Shown here: one piece after another, positions 28,662 through 39,270 of the stretch
Layout of the letters: each line of letters starts with the position of its first letter
Position numbering within the stretch: the stretch's first letter is position 1
From: Candidatus Izemoplasmatales bacterium
GTDB lineage: Bacteria > Bacillota_I > Bacilli_A > Izemoplasmatales > Hujiaoplasmataceae
NCBI GenBank assembly: GCA_050949045.1
Contig: JBMNEZ010000001.1
Location: 544,001 to 608,000, forward strand
Length of the DNA: 64,000 bases
Direction of reading: 5' to 3'
Notes under the pieces: model-generated
The model's input: only the letters and a program-made list of their open reading frames with translations
What the model was told of the DNA's origin: nothing
Databases searched by the model: none
Program-made: the position numbers and the translations under genes

Positions 28662-30064
28662 TGGATAACATGAAACAAGAAATCGATTCAATCAAAAACA
28701 TCAAAGAAGGCAATATCGTCAAGGGCATCGTCGTCAAAGTCGATGACGAAGAGGTGCTTGTCGACGTCGGCTACGTCTTTGAAGGCACTATCTACAAGGC
28801 TCATCTCTCCGCAAACAAAGTACAAAGTGCGAAGGATGTTGTCAAAGTCGGTGATGAGATCGAAGCCAAAATAACCAAACTGGCACATGGTGATGAGAAT
28901 AACATCATGCTTTTGTCACGCCGCGAACTTGAGCGCAAACAAATTCAGATGCAGTATCGCGAAGACATCAAAATCGACCATGATCTGATCGCAAAAGTGA
29001 AGAAAGACGTCAAGGGCGGACTGATCCTTGACTATCATTCGTTTGAGATCTTCCTTCCCGAGTCGTTGATCCAACTTGAGGAACTTTCCCCTGAGGAGAA
29101 AAAGGCCTATGTCGGTAAGGAGATCAAAGTAAGGATTATCGATATCCGCCCGGAACGTGGGAAGGAAAAGATCATCGCCAACAAGAAGACCGTTGACTAT
29201 GAGACCCTCAAAAACAAGGAAAAAAGCGAAATTCAAGCTCTTACAGTCGGCGATACCATCAAAGGGGAGGTCACCAAGATCACCGATTTCGGAGCTTTTG
29301 TGAAAATCTCTGAACTTGTCGAAGGCCTAATCCATATCAGCGAACTCAGTCATTATCATGTCAAAAAAGTCGACGAGGTCGTCAAAGTCGGCGATGAGGT
29401 CGAATGTAAGATCATCAAAATCTCCGGCAGAAGAATTTCCCTCTCGCTCCGATCTTTGCAGGAAACGCCCTGGGAACGGTTCTTGAAAAACCATAAAGTT
29501 GGCGACAGAGTTGAGGGGAAAATTGTCAAGAAGATGCAGTTTGGTATGCTTGTCGAAGTTGAGCGCGACATCAGCGGCCTCTTATCGCGTTCCGACTATT
29601 CATGGGATCCAAAAGACAATCTGGCTGGCCGCGTCAACACCGGTGATTTAATCAATGTAGAGATTACCTCAATCTCGCAGGAGAAGAAGCAGTTCACTGT
29701 TTCCAAAAAACACCTTGACTACAACCCCTGGGCGGACCTTAAACTTCGTGTCGGCGAACATGTCGCCGCGACCGTCAAGACAATCGAAGAAAAGGGAGCC
29801 GTTGTCGAAGTGGCCGGGGTAGAAGCATATCTGCCGATCAGGGAACTTTCCAGCGAGCGTGTGAACCGCGTCGATGAAGTCGTCAAGCAAGGCGACGTCA
29901 TCACTGTTGAAGTAATCCAGTTTTTTCCTAAGGAATGGCGGATGACAGTTTCACTGAAGAGGGTCACCGAAAAAGTCCAGAGACAAGAATATGAAGAACA
30001 TCTTAAGGAAAACGTCTCTGCCAGCCAATCGCTCGCTGATTTGTTTAAAAAATATAAGAAATAA
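28661..30064 (+). CDS. rpsA: Ribosomal protein S1-like protein with five S1 repeats
   Basis: Five S1 repeats (e.g. GEVTKITDFGAFV..GLIHISEL); lies between cmk and der. Confidence 0.88.
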   Translation: MDNMKQEIDSIKNIKEGNIVKGIVVKVDDEEVLVDVGYVFEGTIYKAHLSANKVQSAKDVVKVGDEIEAKITKLAHGDENNIMLLSRRELERKQIQMQYREDIKIDHDLIAKVKKDVKGGLILDYHSFEIFLPESLIQLEELSPEEKKAYVGKEIKVRIIDIRPERGKEKIIANKKTVDYETLKNKEKSEIQALTVGDTIKGEVTKITDFGAFVKISELVEGLIHISELSHYHVKKVDEVVKVGDEVECKIIKISGRRISLSLRSLQETPWERFLKNHKVGDRVEGKIVKKMQFGMLVEVERDISGLLSRSDYSWDPKDNLAGRVNTGDLINVEITSISQEKKQFTVSKKHLDYNPWADLKLRVGEHVAATVKTIEEKGAVVEVAGVEAYLPIRELSSERVNRVDEVVKQGDVITVEVIQFFPKEWRMTVSLKRVTEKVQRQEYEEHLKENVSASQSLADLFKKYKK

Positions 30065-30075
30065 AAAGCAAAAAG

Positions 30076-31392
30076 GTGGTAAAGGTGCTGCCAACAGTAG
30101 CTATCGTCGGCCGTCCCAACGTGGGAAAATCGACGATCTTCAACCGCATCGTTGGCGAACGCATTGCGATCACCAACGATGAGCCAGGAGCTACCAGAGA
30201 CCGAATCTATGGTAAAGCTAGCTGGCTCAACCGAAACTTTTCCGTTATCGACACGGGTGGCATCGAGATTAGCGATGCGCCCTTTTTGTCATCGATCAAA
30301 GCCCAAGCCGAGATTGCGATTGCAGAAAGCGCGGTGATTATCTTTGTCGTTGACGGCAAAACCGGCTTGACACCCGACGATTATGAGATCATGAAACTGC
30401 TTTTTGCCTCCAATAAGCCCATAATCGTAGCCGTAAACAAAACCGACAACGACAAGATTAGGGAAAGACATTATGAGTTCTATGAATTGGGGATCGCGGA
30501 TGTAATACCTGTATCGGCCGCTCATGGCATTGGGTTTGGTGATTTGCTTGATAAAGTCATTACTTTTCTTGGCGATGCCACAGAACCTGAATATCCGGAT
30601 ACGACAGTGAAGATTGCCGTCATCGGCCGACCGAATGTCGGAAAATCATCGCTGACCAACGCCATTCTCGGTTATGACCGCGTAATCACGAGCCAGATTC
30701 AGGGTACGACGACTGACGCCATCGACACTCCTTTCAGAAGGGACGATACAGATTACGTTATCATCGATACCGCTGGTCTATCAAAACGCGGTAAATCATT
30801 TGAGAGTGTGGAAAAATACAGCGCTCTAAGGGCAATGAAGGCGATTGAGCGGTGCGACCTCGCCCTTTTAGTCATAGATGCGACCAGCGAAATCAACGAA
30901 ACGGATAAGCATATCGCCGGCTATGTCCTAGAAAATGGAAAAGCGATGGTTTTTGTAGTAAACAAGTATGATGCCATCCAGAAAGACACGAATACGATAT
31001 CAAAATGGACTGAGATGATCCGCAGGGAGTTTCAGTTTCTCCCCTACATCGACATCGCTTTCCTTTCGGCTTCGACGAAGGCACGGCTGAATACGCTATT
31101 TCCTTTGATTCGAAAGGCTTACAGAAACTATGAGCGCCGCGTGCAAACCTCGGTTTTGAACGAGATAATTGCCGAAGCGATGCTCATCAATCCGCCAAAA
31201 GAACACAACCAAGCGATAATTAAAGTCTATTACGCCACCCAGGTTAAAAGCAAATGTCCGACCTTCGTACTTTTCGTCAATAATGCCAAAGCACTTCATT
31301 TCAGTTACTATCGATATTTGGAGAATCGCATCCGCGAATGCTTTGATTTTACCGGCACGCCGATCAAATTGATCCTTAGAAATCGCGAATAA
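30076..31392 (+). CDS. der: Ribosome biogenesis GTPase Der (start may be GTG 30085)
   Basis: Two GRPNVGKS G-domains; C-terminal FTGTPI. Confidence 0.98.
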   Translation: MVKVLPTVAIVGRPNVGKSTIFNRIVGERIAITNDEPGATRDRIYGKASWLNRNFSVIDTGGIEISDAPFLSSIKAQAEIAIAESAVIIFVVDGKTGLTPDDYEIMKLLFASNKPIIVAVNKTDNDKIRERHYEFYELGIADVIPVSAAHGIGFGDLLDKVITFLGDATEPEYPDTTVKIAVIGRPNVGKSSLTNAILGYDRVITSQIQGTTTDAIDTPFRRDDTDYVIIDTAGLSKRGKSFESVEKYSALRAMKAIERCDLALLVIDATSEINETDKHIAGYVLENGKAMVFVVNKYDAIQKDTNTISKWTEMIRREFQFLPYIDIAFLSASTKARLNTLFPLIRKAYRNYERRVQTSVLNEIIAEAMLINPPKEHNQAIIKVYYATQVKSKCPTFVLFVNNAKALHFSYYRYLENRIRECFDFTGTPIKLILRNRE

Positions 31393-31434
31393 TGGCTAAA
31401 AATACGAAAAAAACGCTCTTTTTTAACCAAACGC

Positions 31435-31463
31435 TTGCATTTTGATTATAAACTACCTATAAT
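31435..31463 (+). promoter_or_regulatory. Sigma-A promoter of hup
   Basis: TTGCAT, 17 bp spacer, TATAAT. Confidence 0.7.
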
Positions 31464-31497
31464 CTATAGTATCAATACAAAATGGGAGGTTTTTTAG

Positions 31498-31770
31498 ATG
31501 AACAAATCTGAACTTGTCGCAAGAATTGCCGAACTAGCCGATCTCACAAAGAAAGACGCTGAGAGCGCTTTGAATGCAACTGTGCTCGCAATTCAAGAAG
31601 CATTGGTCAAAGGTGACAAAGTCATTCTCACAGGATTTGGAACCTTTGAAGTCAAAGTACGCAAGGAACGCCAAGGCCATGATCCAAGAACTGGTGCTCC
31701 CATCACGATTCCCGCATTAAAGGCTCCAACATTCAAAGCAGGAAAAGTTCTCAAGGACGCAGTTCGCTAA
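31498..31770 (+). CDS. hup: DNA-binding protein HU
   Basis: MNKSELV, GFGTF, G.DPRTG, P.FKAGK.LKDAV. Confidence 0.97.
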   Translation: MNKSELVARIAELADLTKKDAESALNATVLAIQEALVKGDKVILTGFGTFEVKVRKERQGHDPRTGAPITIPALKAPTFKAGKVLKDAVR

Positions 31771-31795
31771 AAAAGCTGATTCTGTTTCAAAGCGT

Positions 31796-31827
31796 AAAAA
31801 AACCGGCAAATAATCACCGGTTTTTTT
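31796..31827. terminator. Bidirectional intrinsic terminator
   Basis: A7-CCGG...CCGG-T7 between convergent genes. Confidence 0.75.
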
Positions 31828-32932
31828 ATAATATTGTGAATCCAAGCAGAGGCAAAAGGTAAAACAGATAAGAGATTAGATTATTCAGAAAATGCACGCC
31901 TATGGTAACATAGATGTTTTTCTCGGAACGGAAATATATATAGCCAAAGACGGCGCCCATTGTGATGTAGGGGATTGACTGAACGAAATCCCCATAGGCG
32001 ACCACATGCATTAAGCCGAAGATGGCTCCACTTAACAAGATTGCCCAGATTTTTCCGATTTTTCGCTCAAAAAAGCCACAAATAATTTTACGAAAAACAA
32101 TTTCCTCGACGATTGGAGTGAAAACACAAAGCAGGAAAAACAGCATGACGAGTTGAAGCGGATCATCAATGAACATCCCTGCGATCGCCGATTCGTTCTC
32201 AGATGAGGCTGTTACTCCAAGCACATATGCCATGAACATTTGCGATAGGACCGACGCCATCCAAACTAGGGAGAAACCCAAAAGCACTTCTTTCAAAGAT
32301 TTTCCGAATTTTTTGAAGAACTCTTTGCCATCTATGAGAAAGGCGCGGCGATCGATAAAAATGAATAGAAGGCCGGCCATGGCAACCTGCAAGAAGCTGA
32401 CAAACAAATAGAAAAATGGACTCTCGTCAAAGCCGTAGTCATAGTCTGAGGATACGAAATCGGTTTCAAATAGTGCGGTCTCATCAAAAGTGAAGGTTTC
32501 CTGAGGACCGAGAGCGGTCTTTTCGATATAGTAGGTTCCCAACACTTTTTCGTTATCATCATAAAAAGTGTATTCGACATAAACGATCGGCAACAAGTAG
32601 TTGTTCAAGTTTTTGATTGAACCCGTCATCCGATACTCGAAAGGAAAGTCATCATCAGTGCTCGGAGTTGTGATAACCGATATTTCCCCGACAATATCAA
32701 GATTCCTGATGGTACCGGTTATGCCGTCATACTTGTTATTGAGAATGACGGTCGTGGTAATCGAGACAACCAAGGTCACAACGATGTAGAGCAAAAACAT
32801 GGTTCTGTTTCGCTTGGCTTGCCTATTAACCTCATTTTTAACAGCGGAATTCCCCATCGGTTCTTGATTTTGTGTTGTCGACACGGTGTTTTTATTCTCG
32901 TAGTCTTTGAAAAGGTCATCAAATTCGCCCAT
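31826..32932 (-). CDS. CPBP (CAAX protease/Abi) intramembrane metalloprotease with an N-terminal FxLYD-like soluble domain
   Basis: PIVEEIVFR, FGLMH, HFLNN; YTFYDDNEKVLGT in the domain between TM1 and TM2. Confidence 0.88.
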   Translation of the reverse strand: MGEFDDLFKDYENKNTVSTTQNQEPMGNSAVKNEVNRQAKRNRTMFLLYIVVTLVVSITTTVILNNKYDGITGTIRNLDIVGEISVITTPSTDDDFPFEYRMTGSIKNLNNYLLPIVYVEYTFYDDNEKVLGTYYIEKTALGPQETFTFDETALFETDFVSSDYDYGFDESPFFYLFVSFLQVAMAGLLFIFIDRRAFLIDGKEFFKKFGKSLKEVLLGFSLVWMASVLSQMFMAYVLGVTASSENESAIAGMFIDDPLQLVMLFFLLCVFTPIVEEIVFRKIICGFFERKIGKIWAILLSGAIFGLMHVVAYGDFVQSIPYITMGAVFGYIYFRSEKNIYVTIGVHFLNNLISYLFYLLPLLGFTIL

Positions 32933-33132
32933 ACATACACCCCATTCAAAGAATATTATAACATTAAAGGACGAAATATGAATAATTTGTTATCTTGATA
33001 TCACTAAAGATTTGCGGATAGAACCGCATTAGATTGTAGATGATATTCTGAGAGGCTGTATTTTGTTATCCACAATCGGGTTTTGTCTTTGCGGAGAGAA
33101 AAATTGTGTTATACTAATAACGGTGGTTAACT

Positions 33133-33732
33133 ATGAAGAAAATCGTCATCGCAACCAAAAATCCCGGCAAACTACTCGAATACAAAGCATTGCTTGAGCC
33201 CTTTGGTTACGAAGTCTACTCCCTTCTTGATTATGGACATCTCAAAGAGCCCAAAGAAAGAGGTAAAACCTTTCTTCATAATGCTATGCTTAAAGCAAAG
33301 AAAATCGCCAGAAAATGCCATCTACCGGTCATCGCAGACGATTCTGGGCTTGAAGTCAGGGCGCTTGGAGGCAAACCAGGAGTCAGGTCAAAACGGTTCT
33401 CAAAAGAACAGACAGATATCGCCAATAATCTCAAGTTACTAAAAATGATGATAAGACAAAGCGATCGACATGCCCGCTTCGTCTGTCAAATTGTCTATTA
33501 TGACCCAAACAGCGGGTATGAGTCTTTTGACGGAGTCGTTGATGGCGAGATAGCCTCGGATCTCATCTATGGGAATGGATTCGGCTACGATCCACTTTTC
33601 ATCGTATCTGGGTTGGGAATCAGAATGTCCGAACTGAAGATTGAGGAAAAAAACAAGATCAGCCATCGCGGTTTGGCATTTCAAAAACTAAAAGACAAAT
33701 TGGAGCGTTCCGATGAGATTCATAGTTTTTAG
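33133..33732 (+). CDS. rdgB: Non-canonical purine NTP pyrophosphatase (RdgB/Ham1)
   Basis: ATKNPGK, ADDSGL, GFGYDPLF, KNKISHRG. Confidence 0.96.
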   Translation: MKKIVIATKNPGKLLEYKALLEPFGYEVYSLLDYGHLKEPKERGKTFLHNAMLKAKKIARKCHLPVIADDSGLEVRALGGKPGVRSKRFSKEQTDIANNLKLLKMMIRQSDRHARFVCQIVYYDPNSGYESFDGVVDGEIASDLIYGNGFGYDPLFIVSGLGIRMSELKIEEKNKISHRGLAFQKLKDKLERSDEIHSF

Positions 33733-34234
33733 TGACAATCACCGAAACCGTGAATATCTTAAAAAAATGCTGACTGACAACCCGGATATCAAGACCGTGA
33801 TTTCGCTGGGGGACTCGGAAATGAATGAAGCCGAGCTGACATCGATGGGAATCTTTGGAGTAAAGGGCAACTATCCTTTCGATCCCCGCTTTCCTCTCGA
33901 ACTCATTTTAGAGTTCGAGGGATTTCGCTTCTTGTTTGTCCATGGACACCTTTTCAATGTCAAAAACACCTTGTCACAGTTGAAAGAAAAGGCGAGCAGT
34001 GTCAACGCCGATGTCGTTTTCTATGGTCATACACATGCTTCTAGAATCCATGAAGATCACGATCTTGTCTTTATCAATCCGGGTGCACTCGGAACACCAT
34101 ATGGCGCCTATTTGCCATCATACGCAATCGTCGAGGCGAACGATTCTTGCCTGCGTGTCAAGATCATCTCTGCTATCGACAATGCGGTCGTTAACGATAT
34201 CAAAAGAACGAAGACACCTAGGAGGGAAAGATGA
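33713..34234 (+). CDS. YfcE/YsnB-family metallophosphoesterase
   Basis: SDNH, LGD, GN, HGH, GHTH, INPG. Confidence 0.9.
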   Translation: MRFIVFSDNHRNREYLKKMLTDNPDIKTVISLGDSEMNEAELTSMGIFGVKGNYPFDPRFPLELILEFEGFRFLFVHGHLFNVKNTLSQLKEKASSVNADVVFYGHTHASRIHEDHDLVFINPGALGTPYGAYLPSYAIVEANDSCLRVKIISAIDNAVVNDIKRTKTPRRER

Positions 34235-37173
34235 GCCTCGAGGAACTCTATCAAGAGTACGCTGCCATCGATTTCAGTGAGGATCGACTGGACAAACTTC
34301 AACAGCTTCTCGATGCCTCACTTGAGGCGAATGAACAGAATATCTACCAAAAGACTGTGATCTTGATCGCTTCTTTGCATGAGAACGCGGGGGAACTTGA
34401 AAAAGCGATCATCACTCTCAATTCAGCGCTTCAAAGAGAGATAAACCTTGAACCCAAACTTTTGCTCGGGATTACCGACAAATTGATCGGTTTGTTATTG
34501 AGAACCGAGGATTTTTTTGAACTCAAGAAAGTTCTTGATTATCGAGGTGACTTTCTCGAATTTGACAAACAGGCAAAAGTCATGCAAAAGTTCTATCTGG
34601 CGGTTGTCTTCGAGGGGCTCGGTGAGAACCGCCAGGCAATCGATACCCTGCTAGCAATTGAAGACACGCTTTCAAAGAGCAACCAGGTCAGCAAATATCT
34701 GAAACTGTCAATGCTTTTCTTGAGGGAAAAAAAGATTGCGGAGGCTAAGCATTACTACAACTACGCTGCGAGATTCGATCCTGAACGTCGCAATCCGATC
34801 TTCGATCTCGTAAGTTCCGATATCCTTGCCTATGAAGAAAACTATACCGAGGCCTTGGCTCGATATCAAGACTACTTTTTGAAGAGTAAAAGCAAAACCA
34901 AGTACCTTGACCGCTACATCTTGTTGATGCTTAAATTGAGAAACTACAAAGAAGCAAAGAAATATTATCTCGAATACCTACCACAAGTTGATAAGCTTGT
35001 TTCCAAATATGCAAGAGCGACCTTCTATCAGGCAGCGGAGAAACTCGCGATTGAACTCAATGATCACGCCGAATGCGCGATTCTAAGAGAAAAACTCAAC
35101 AACTTGAAGCGCCCGCCTTCTATTGAAATCGACCAATACGCCGGTTTGCTTGAGTTACTGAGACAAACAGATATCGGCAAACCTCTGTCACTCAAGCGCG
35201 ATGCGCTTCTTGATGTCATCAGGGCGCTTGCGCCCCTGATCAACGCCAAGAGACTGTTTTTTGTTTTCGTTTCTGACCAGGGATTCACGGTCATGACCCA
35301 CGCCAAGGGACTTTTGTTGGAAAAAACCTACCCCTATGTAGTTTTGGAAAAAACGATCATTGACGTTATCATGACCGAAAATTCTTCCGAGATCATCTAT
35401 TCACATGAAGCGCTTCACCAACTGACGGATTATCTGGAAAATAGCGATATCAATGACTGCGAATATCTCATTGCGATCAAAACTAATCAGGATCTCTATC
35501 CCAAAGGCTTCATCTGTGCGCTGTTGCCCGCCGAAGCCCCGTTCCAAAGATCAAGAAGGTTGATGGTTGCCGCTGCACTTCTAATCGAGCAGAAGTTGCT
35601 TCAAACAAAACATTTTGCAATGATTTTTGCCGACCTTAAGTCGATGACCAATGTCGTAGACACTCTCGGCCTTGGAATCATCGAGATCGAGAGAAGAAAT
35701 GTATTCTGCAGAAATAAGATTGCCGAAGCGATGTTTGACTGCCAAACCGGAGTTGTCTCTTTTGAACAGTTCCAGGCTGGCATCATTTCGAAGAAGAAGC
35801 TTTATCTTGACGATTTTTCGACCAAATCGACGCTGGAGTTCGCCTATCTATCCAGTGACAAGGAGATCCACAATTATCGGGTTCGGCTTGATGTGAACGG
35901 TCTGGTGATTCGGGGAATCATCGAAGACATCACCATCAAAAAACAGAAACAAGCAAGCGAGAATGATTTTCTTTACAGACCTGATGTCTACGGCAATAAG
36001 CGCCTACACTTGTTCGAACTCGATTATCCAGCCTTACAGAACAACCATGCAATCATGGTTGTGGTTGCTTCCGGCGCTTTCGATAAGATCACTCTCCATG
36101 ATAACAGTCAGGTACAAGCGTTTGGCAAGGAGATCATCGCTTCTGCCAGACACACTGCCAAGGGCTATCTCCATGGTATCTACACCATCGCTACCAACAG
36201 TTTTGCGATTGTGCTCAAAACAACGGATAAGAGAATTCTCGATCGAATCGCTGGATACATCAGAAATCAAGCGAAAACTACGACAACCATTGCCTATCCG
36301 CCTGAAATACGATTTGGAGTTCTGCTAAACGGAAAAAAACCGGAATTTAATTTGATCGAGAAATCATTGCTGGAGCTAGCCAACTACCATTATCTCCCGG
36401 AAGAAGGCGTCTTCTATCTGCGCAAGGACCACCATGTTGAAACCGAGTTAATCCACAGCGCGGCCGTCCATCTTCGACAAACAATCGAAGCCAAGACTGT
36501 CGTGCTTGAGTATCATCCGATCGTCAACTGGAAAAAGGGGGAAGCAGCCCTATTTGAAGTGATGTTCTCCCTGACCCAGTCATTTACCGATCACAAGGTC
36601 CTTTGGGAGGCGGCGATTAGAGGCAACCTTGTCCGCCAACTTCACCAAGAATTGATCCGCACCCTCGCTAAAGACTTGCGCACCCTAGTAAATCGCAAAA
36701 CTCGTGCCATTTGTCTTTATCCGTTAAGCATTAAGGATCAAGGGAATGCCGAACTTCTGAGAATAATCATCCAGGAAATCAAAAAACAACGGATTGCCCT
36801 GAAACAGGTATGGTTGGTACTTGATTACGACTATTCCAACTTGGAATTCACACGCAAAGCTTGTGAGATAATCCGTGAAGAAGGTCTGACGCTTGCTCTT
36901 AGGGGTTTTATCACCTATGTCAACTCAACTGATTGCGAATGGCTGCGAAATTTCCAACTTGCCTTTATCTCCAAGCACGAACTTGACCAAATTCCCGAGT
37001 ATTCGCTGGACCTCTTTCACGGCTGTTTCGCCGATGGTTATGTCTATGAACACGAAGGGGCGACGATCAGGAAGACCGAGCTCGAAAGAGGCAAGTTCAG
37101 GTTTGTCGAAGGGGAAGCCTACCCTTCCTCCAAGAGCATTGAGGATTTACTTAAAAATTACGAGAGAAACTGA
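34231..37173 (+). CDS. Large TPR-containing protein with degenerate GGDEF- and EAL-like C-terminal domains
   Basis: About 300 aa of TPR-like helices; PDVYGNKR and IATNSFAIVL at GGDEF positions; LEYHPIVNW..FEVMF at EAL positions. Confidence 0.6.
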   Translation: MSLEELYQEYAAIDFSEDRLDKLQQLLDASLEANEQNIYQKTVILIASLHENAGELEKAIITLNSALQREINLEPKLLLGITDKLIGLLLRTEDFFELKKVLDYRGDFLEFDKQAKVMQKFYLAVVFEGLGENRQAIDTLLAIEDTLSKSNQVSKYLKLSMLFLREKKIAEAKHYYNYAARFDPERRNPIFDLVSSDILAYEENYTEALARYQDYFLKSKSKTKYLDRYILLMLKLRNYKEAKKYYLEYLPQVDKLVSKYARATFYQAAEKLAIELNDHAECAILREKLNNLKRPPSIEIDQYAGLLELLRQTDIGKPLSLKRDALLDVIRALAPLINAKRLFFVFVSDQGFTVMTHAKGLLLEKTYPYVVLEKTIIDVIMTENSSEIIYSHEALHQLTDYLENSDINDCEYLIAIKTNQDLYPKGFICALLPAEAPFQRSRRLMVAAALLIEQKLLQTKHFAMIFADLKSMTNVVDTLGLGIIEIERRNVFCRNKIAEAMFDCQTGVVSFEQFQAGIISKKKLYLDDFSTKSTLEFAYLSSDKEIHNYRVRLDVNGLVIRGIIEDITIKKQKQASENDFLYRPDVYGNKRLHLFELDYPALQNNHAIMVVVASGAFDKITLHDNSQVQAFGKEIIASARHTAKGYLHGIYTIATNSFAIVLKTTDKRILDRIAGYIRNQAKTTTTIAYPPEIRFGVLLNGKKPEFNLIEKSLLELANYHYLPEEGVFYLRKDHHVETELIHSAAVHLRQTIEAKTVVLEYHPIVNWKKGEAALFEVMFSLTQSFTDHKVLWEAAIRGNLVRQLHQELIRTLAKDLRTLVNRKTRAICLYPLSIKDQGNAELLRIIIQEIKKQRIALKQVWLVLDYDYSNLEFTRKACEIIREEGLTLALRGFITYVNSTDCEWLRNFQLAFISKHELDQIPEYSLDLFHGCFADGYVYEHEGATIRKTELERGKFRFVEGEAYPSSKSIEDLLKNYERN

Positions 37174-37218
37174 CTTTGGTTTGTGCTGTTTGCATGTAAT
37201 TAATCGTCATTGATTCTC

Positions 37219-37246
37219 TTGACATATTTCAGGTTTTATATATAAT
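37219..37246 (+). promoter_or_regulatory. Sigma-A promoter upstream of potABCD
   Basis: TTGACA, 16 bp spacer, TATAAT. Confidence 0.8.
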
Positions 37247-37393
37247 ATAAATGCGTTTGTTTATTTTGATTTAACACACGGTTTGGATATGATTAACCTC
37301 CTGTGTCTGTCAAAACAAATATGCGCATTTATTTTATCTACTGTTTAGTTGAAATAAAGGTTTCTGACACTACACTTTCCGAGGTGACTGTCC

Positions 37394-38437
37394 GTGGGCA
37401 AAAAGCTGATTGAACTCAAGAATATCACGAAAAGCTTTGGAGATCTTGTGGTTCTCGATGATTTCAACTTCTATATCAACGAGAACGAATTCATCACTCT
37501 GCTCGGCCCCTCCGGATGCGGCAAGACGACTTGCCTTAGGCTGATCGGCGGCTTTGAAACCCCTGATTCCGGTGAGATCGTCTTTGATGGAAAAGTCATC
37601 AACGATTTAGAACCTAACCAACGCGAGATCAATACCTGTTTTCAGAAATATGCCCTGTTTCCGCATCTGGATGTCTACGGTAACATTGCCTTTGGCTTGA
37701 AACTGAAACGGTTGCCGAAAAGGGAGATCAGAGACCGGGTCATGGCCACGCTCAAGCTCGTCAAACTAGAGGGATATGAAAACCGTTCGATTGCGACTTT
37801 GTCTGGTGGCCAGCAACAGCGGGTGGCGATTGCAAGAGCAATAGTCAACCAGCCAAAAGTCCTTTTGCTTGACGAACCTCTTGGAGCCCTCGATCTCAAA
37901 CTGCGACAGGAGATGCAGTATGAACTAAAGGAGATGCAAAGAACTCTCGGCATCACTTTTGTCTATGTTACCCATGATCAAGAAGAAGCCTTGACGATGT
38001 CGGATACGATCGTCATCATGAACGAAGGGAAGATCCTACAGATCGGTACGCCGGAAGATATCTACAACGAGCCGAAAAGCCGGTTTGTAGCCGAATTTAT
38101 CGGTGAATCGAACATTTTCGACGGCGTGATGATCGAAGACTACCTTGTCGAGTTTTGCGGACGTAAATTCCCATGCGTTGACAAAGGCTTTCTTGAAGGC
38201 GAGAAAGTCGACGTCGTCATCCGTCCTGAGGATTTCGACTTTGTGCCCCCATCGAAGGCAAAAATCGTCGGTTTCGTCGACTCATTGATATTCAAGGGTG
38301 TCCATTATGAAATCAATGTCATGGTTTCAGGACACGAATATACGATTCACACGACCAAATACCGCAATGTCGGCGACAAGATCGGTCTTGCCGTCGAACC
38401 GCAGAATATTCATGTAATGAGAAAGAGCAGCCTATGA
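37394..38437 (+). CDS. potA: Spermidine/putrescine ABC transporter ATP-binding subunit
   Basis: [29 protein letters not shown]-terminal TOBE-like domain. Confidence 0.93.
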   Translation: MGKKLIELKNITKSFGDLVVLDDFNFYINENEFITLLGPSGCGKTTCLRLIGGFETPDSGEIVFDGKVINDLEPNQREINTCFQKYALFPHLDVYGNIAFGLKLKRLPKREIRDRVMATLKLVKLEGYENRSIATLSGGQQQRVAIARAIVNQPKVLLLDEPLGALDLKLRQEMQYELKEMQRTLGITFVYVTHDQEEALTMSDTIVIMNEGKILQIGTPEDIYNEPKSRFVAEFIGESNIFDGVMIEDYLVEFCGRKFPCVDKGFLEGEKVDVVIRPEDFDFVPPSKAKIVGFVDSLIFKGVHYEINVMVSGHEYTIHTTKYRNVGDKIGLAVEPQNIHVMRKSSL

Positions 38438-39270
38438 AACGGTTGAGGCTGTTTTCCTATCCCTATTGGGGATGGATGGCCGTTCTAATCCTCGTTCCGA
38501 CCCTGATTCTGGTTGTCCTCGCTTTCTCCGATTTGTCGGTTTACGATCCGGCTCCTTTCAACTTCACGCTCGATCATTTTCGAATCTTTTCCCAAAGTTA
38601 CCTGACCAAAGCGCTTGTCAACTCACTTGTTCTTTCTTTGATCACAACTGTTATCTGCTTTTTGATCGGCTATCCGGTCGCGTTCTTTCTCAGCAGATTG
38701 CCTGAGAAGACCCGTAAAATATGGCTGGCTTTGTTGATTGTGCCGCTCTGGGCAAATATGCTTCTCAGGATCTTCGCCTGGGAGAAGATCTTCACTCCCG
38801 ATTCGATCTTCGCGGATATTTTTCATATCAACATTGACCTTTTGGGAACAAAGATAGGAGTCGTCATCGGCATGGTTGGGATGTACCTGCCATTCATGAT
38901 TTTCCCGCTTTTCTCGGTGCTCGAAAAGATGGACCCAAGTCTCTTCGAAGCCGCCAAAGACTTGGGAGCGAATGATCTTGAAGTCTTTTTCCGTGTTATT
39001 TTTCCGCTTTCTCTTGGCGGTGTCGTATCGGGAGTGATTATGACGATGTTGCCGGCGATGACCTCCTTTGTGTTGCCGGCTAGGATCGGCCTTGGCCGGA
39101 TCAATCTCATCGGCAACATCATCGAGTCCAAGTTTATGAAAGAAGTCATGGGGTCGGGTAGTTTAAGCATCAACATCGGCAGCCTGATCTCGCTGATCTT
39201 GATGATCTTATCGATCGTTTCGTTTATCATCATCACCCGTTTTGACAAGGAAGGGGAGACCCTCATATGA
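38434..39270 (+). CDS. potB: Spermidine/putrescine ABC permease
   Basis: [20 protein letters not shown]. Confidence 0.9.
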   Translation: MKRLRLFSYPYWGWMAVLILVPTLILVVLAFSDLSVYDPAPFNFTLDHFRIFSQSYLTKALVNSLVLSLITTVICFLIGYPVAFFLSRLPEKTRKIWLALLIVPLWANMLLRIFAWEKIFTPDSIFADIFHINIDLLGTKIGVVIGMVGMYLPFMIFPLFSVLEKMDPSLFEAAKDLGANDLEVFFRVIFPLSLGGVVSGVIMTMLPAMTSFVLPARIGLGRINLIGNIIESKFMKEVMGSGSLSINIGSLISLILMILSIVSFIIITRFDKEGETLI

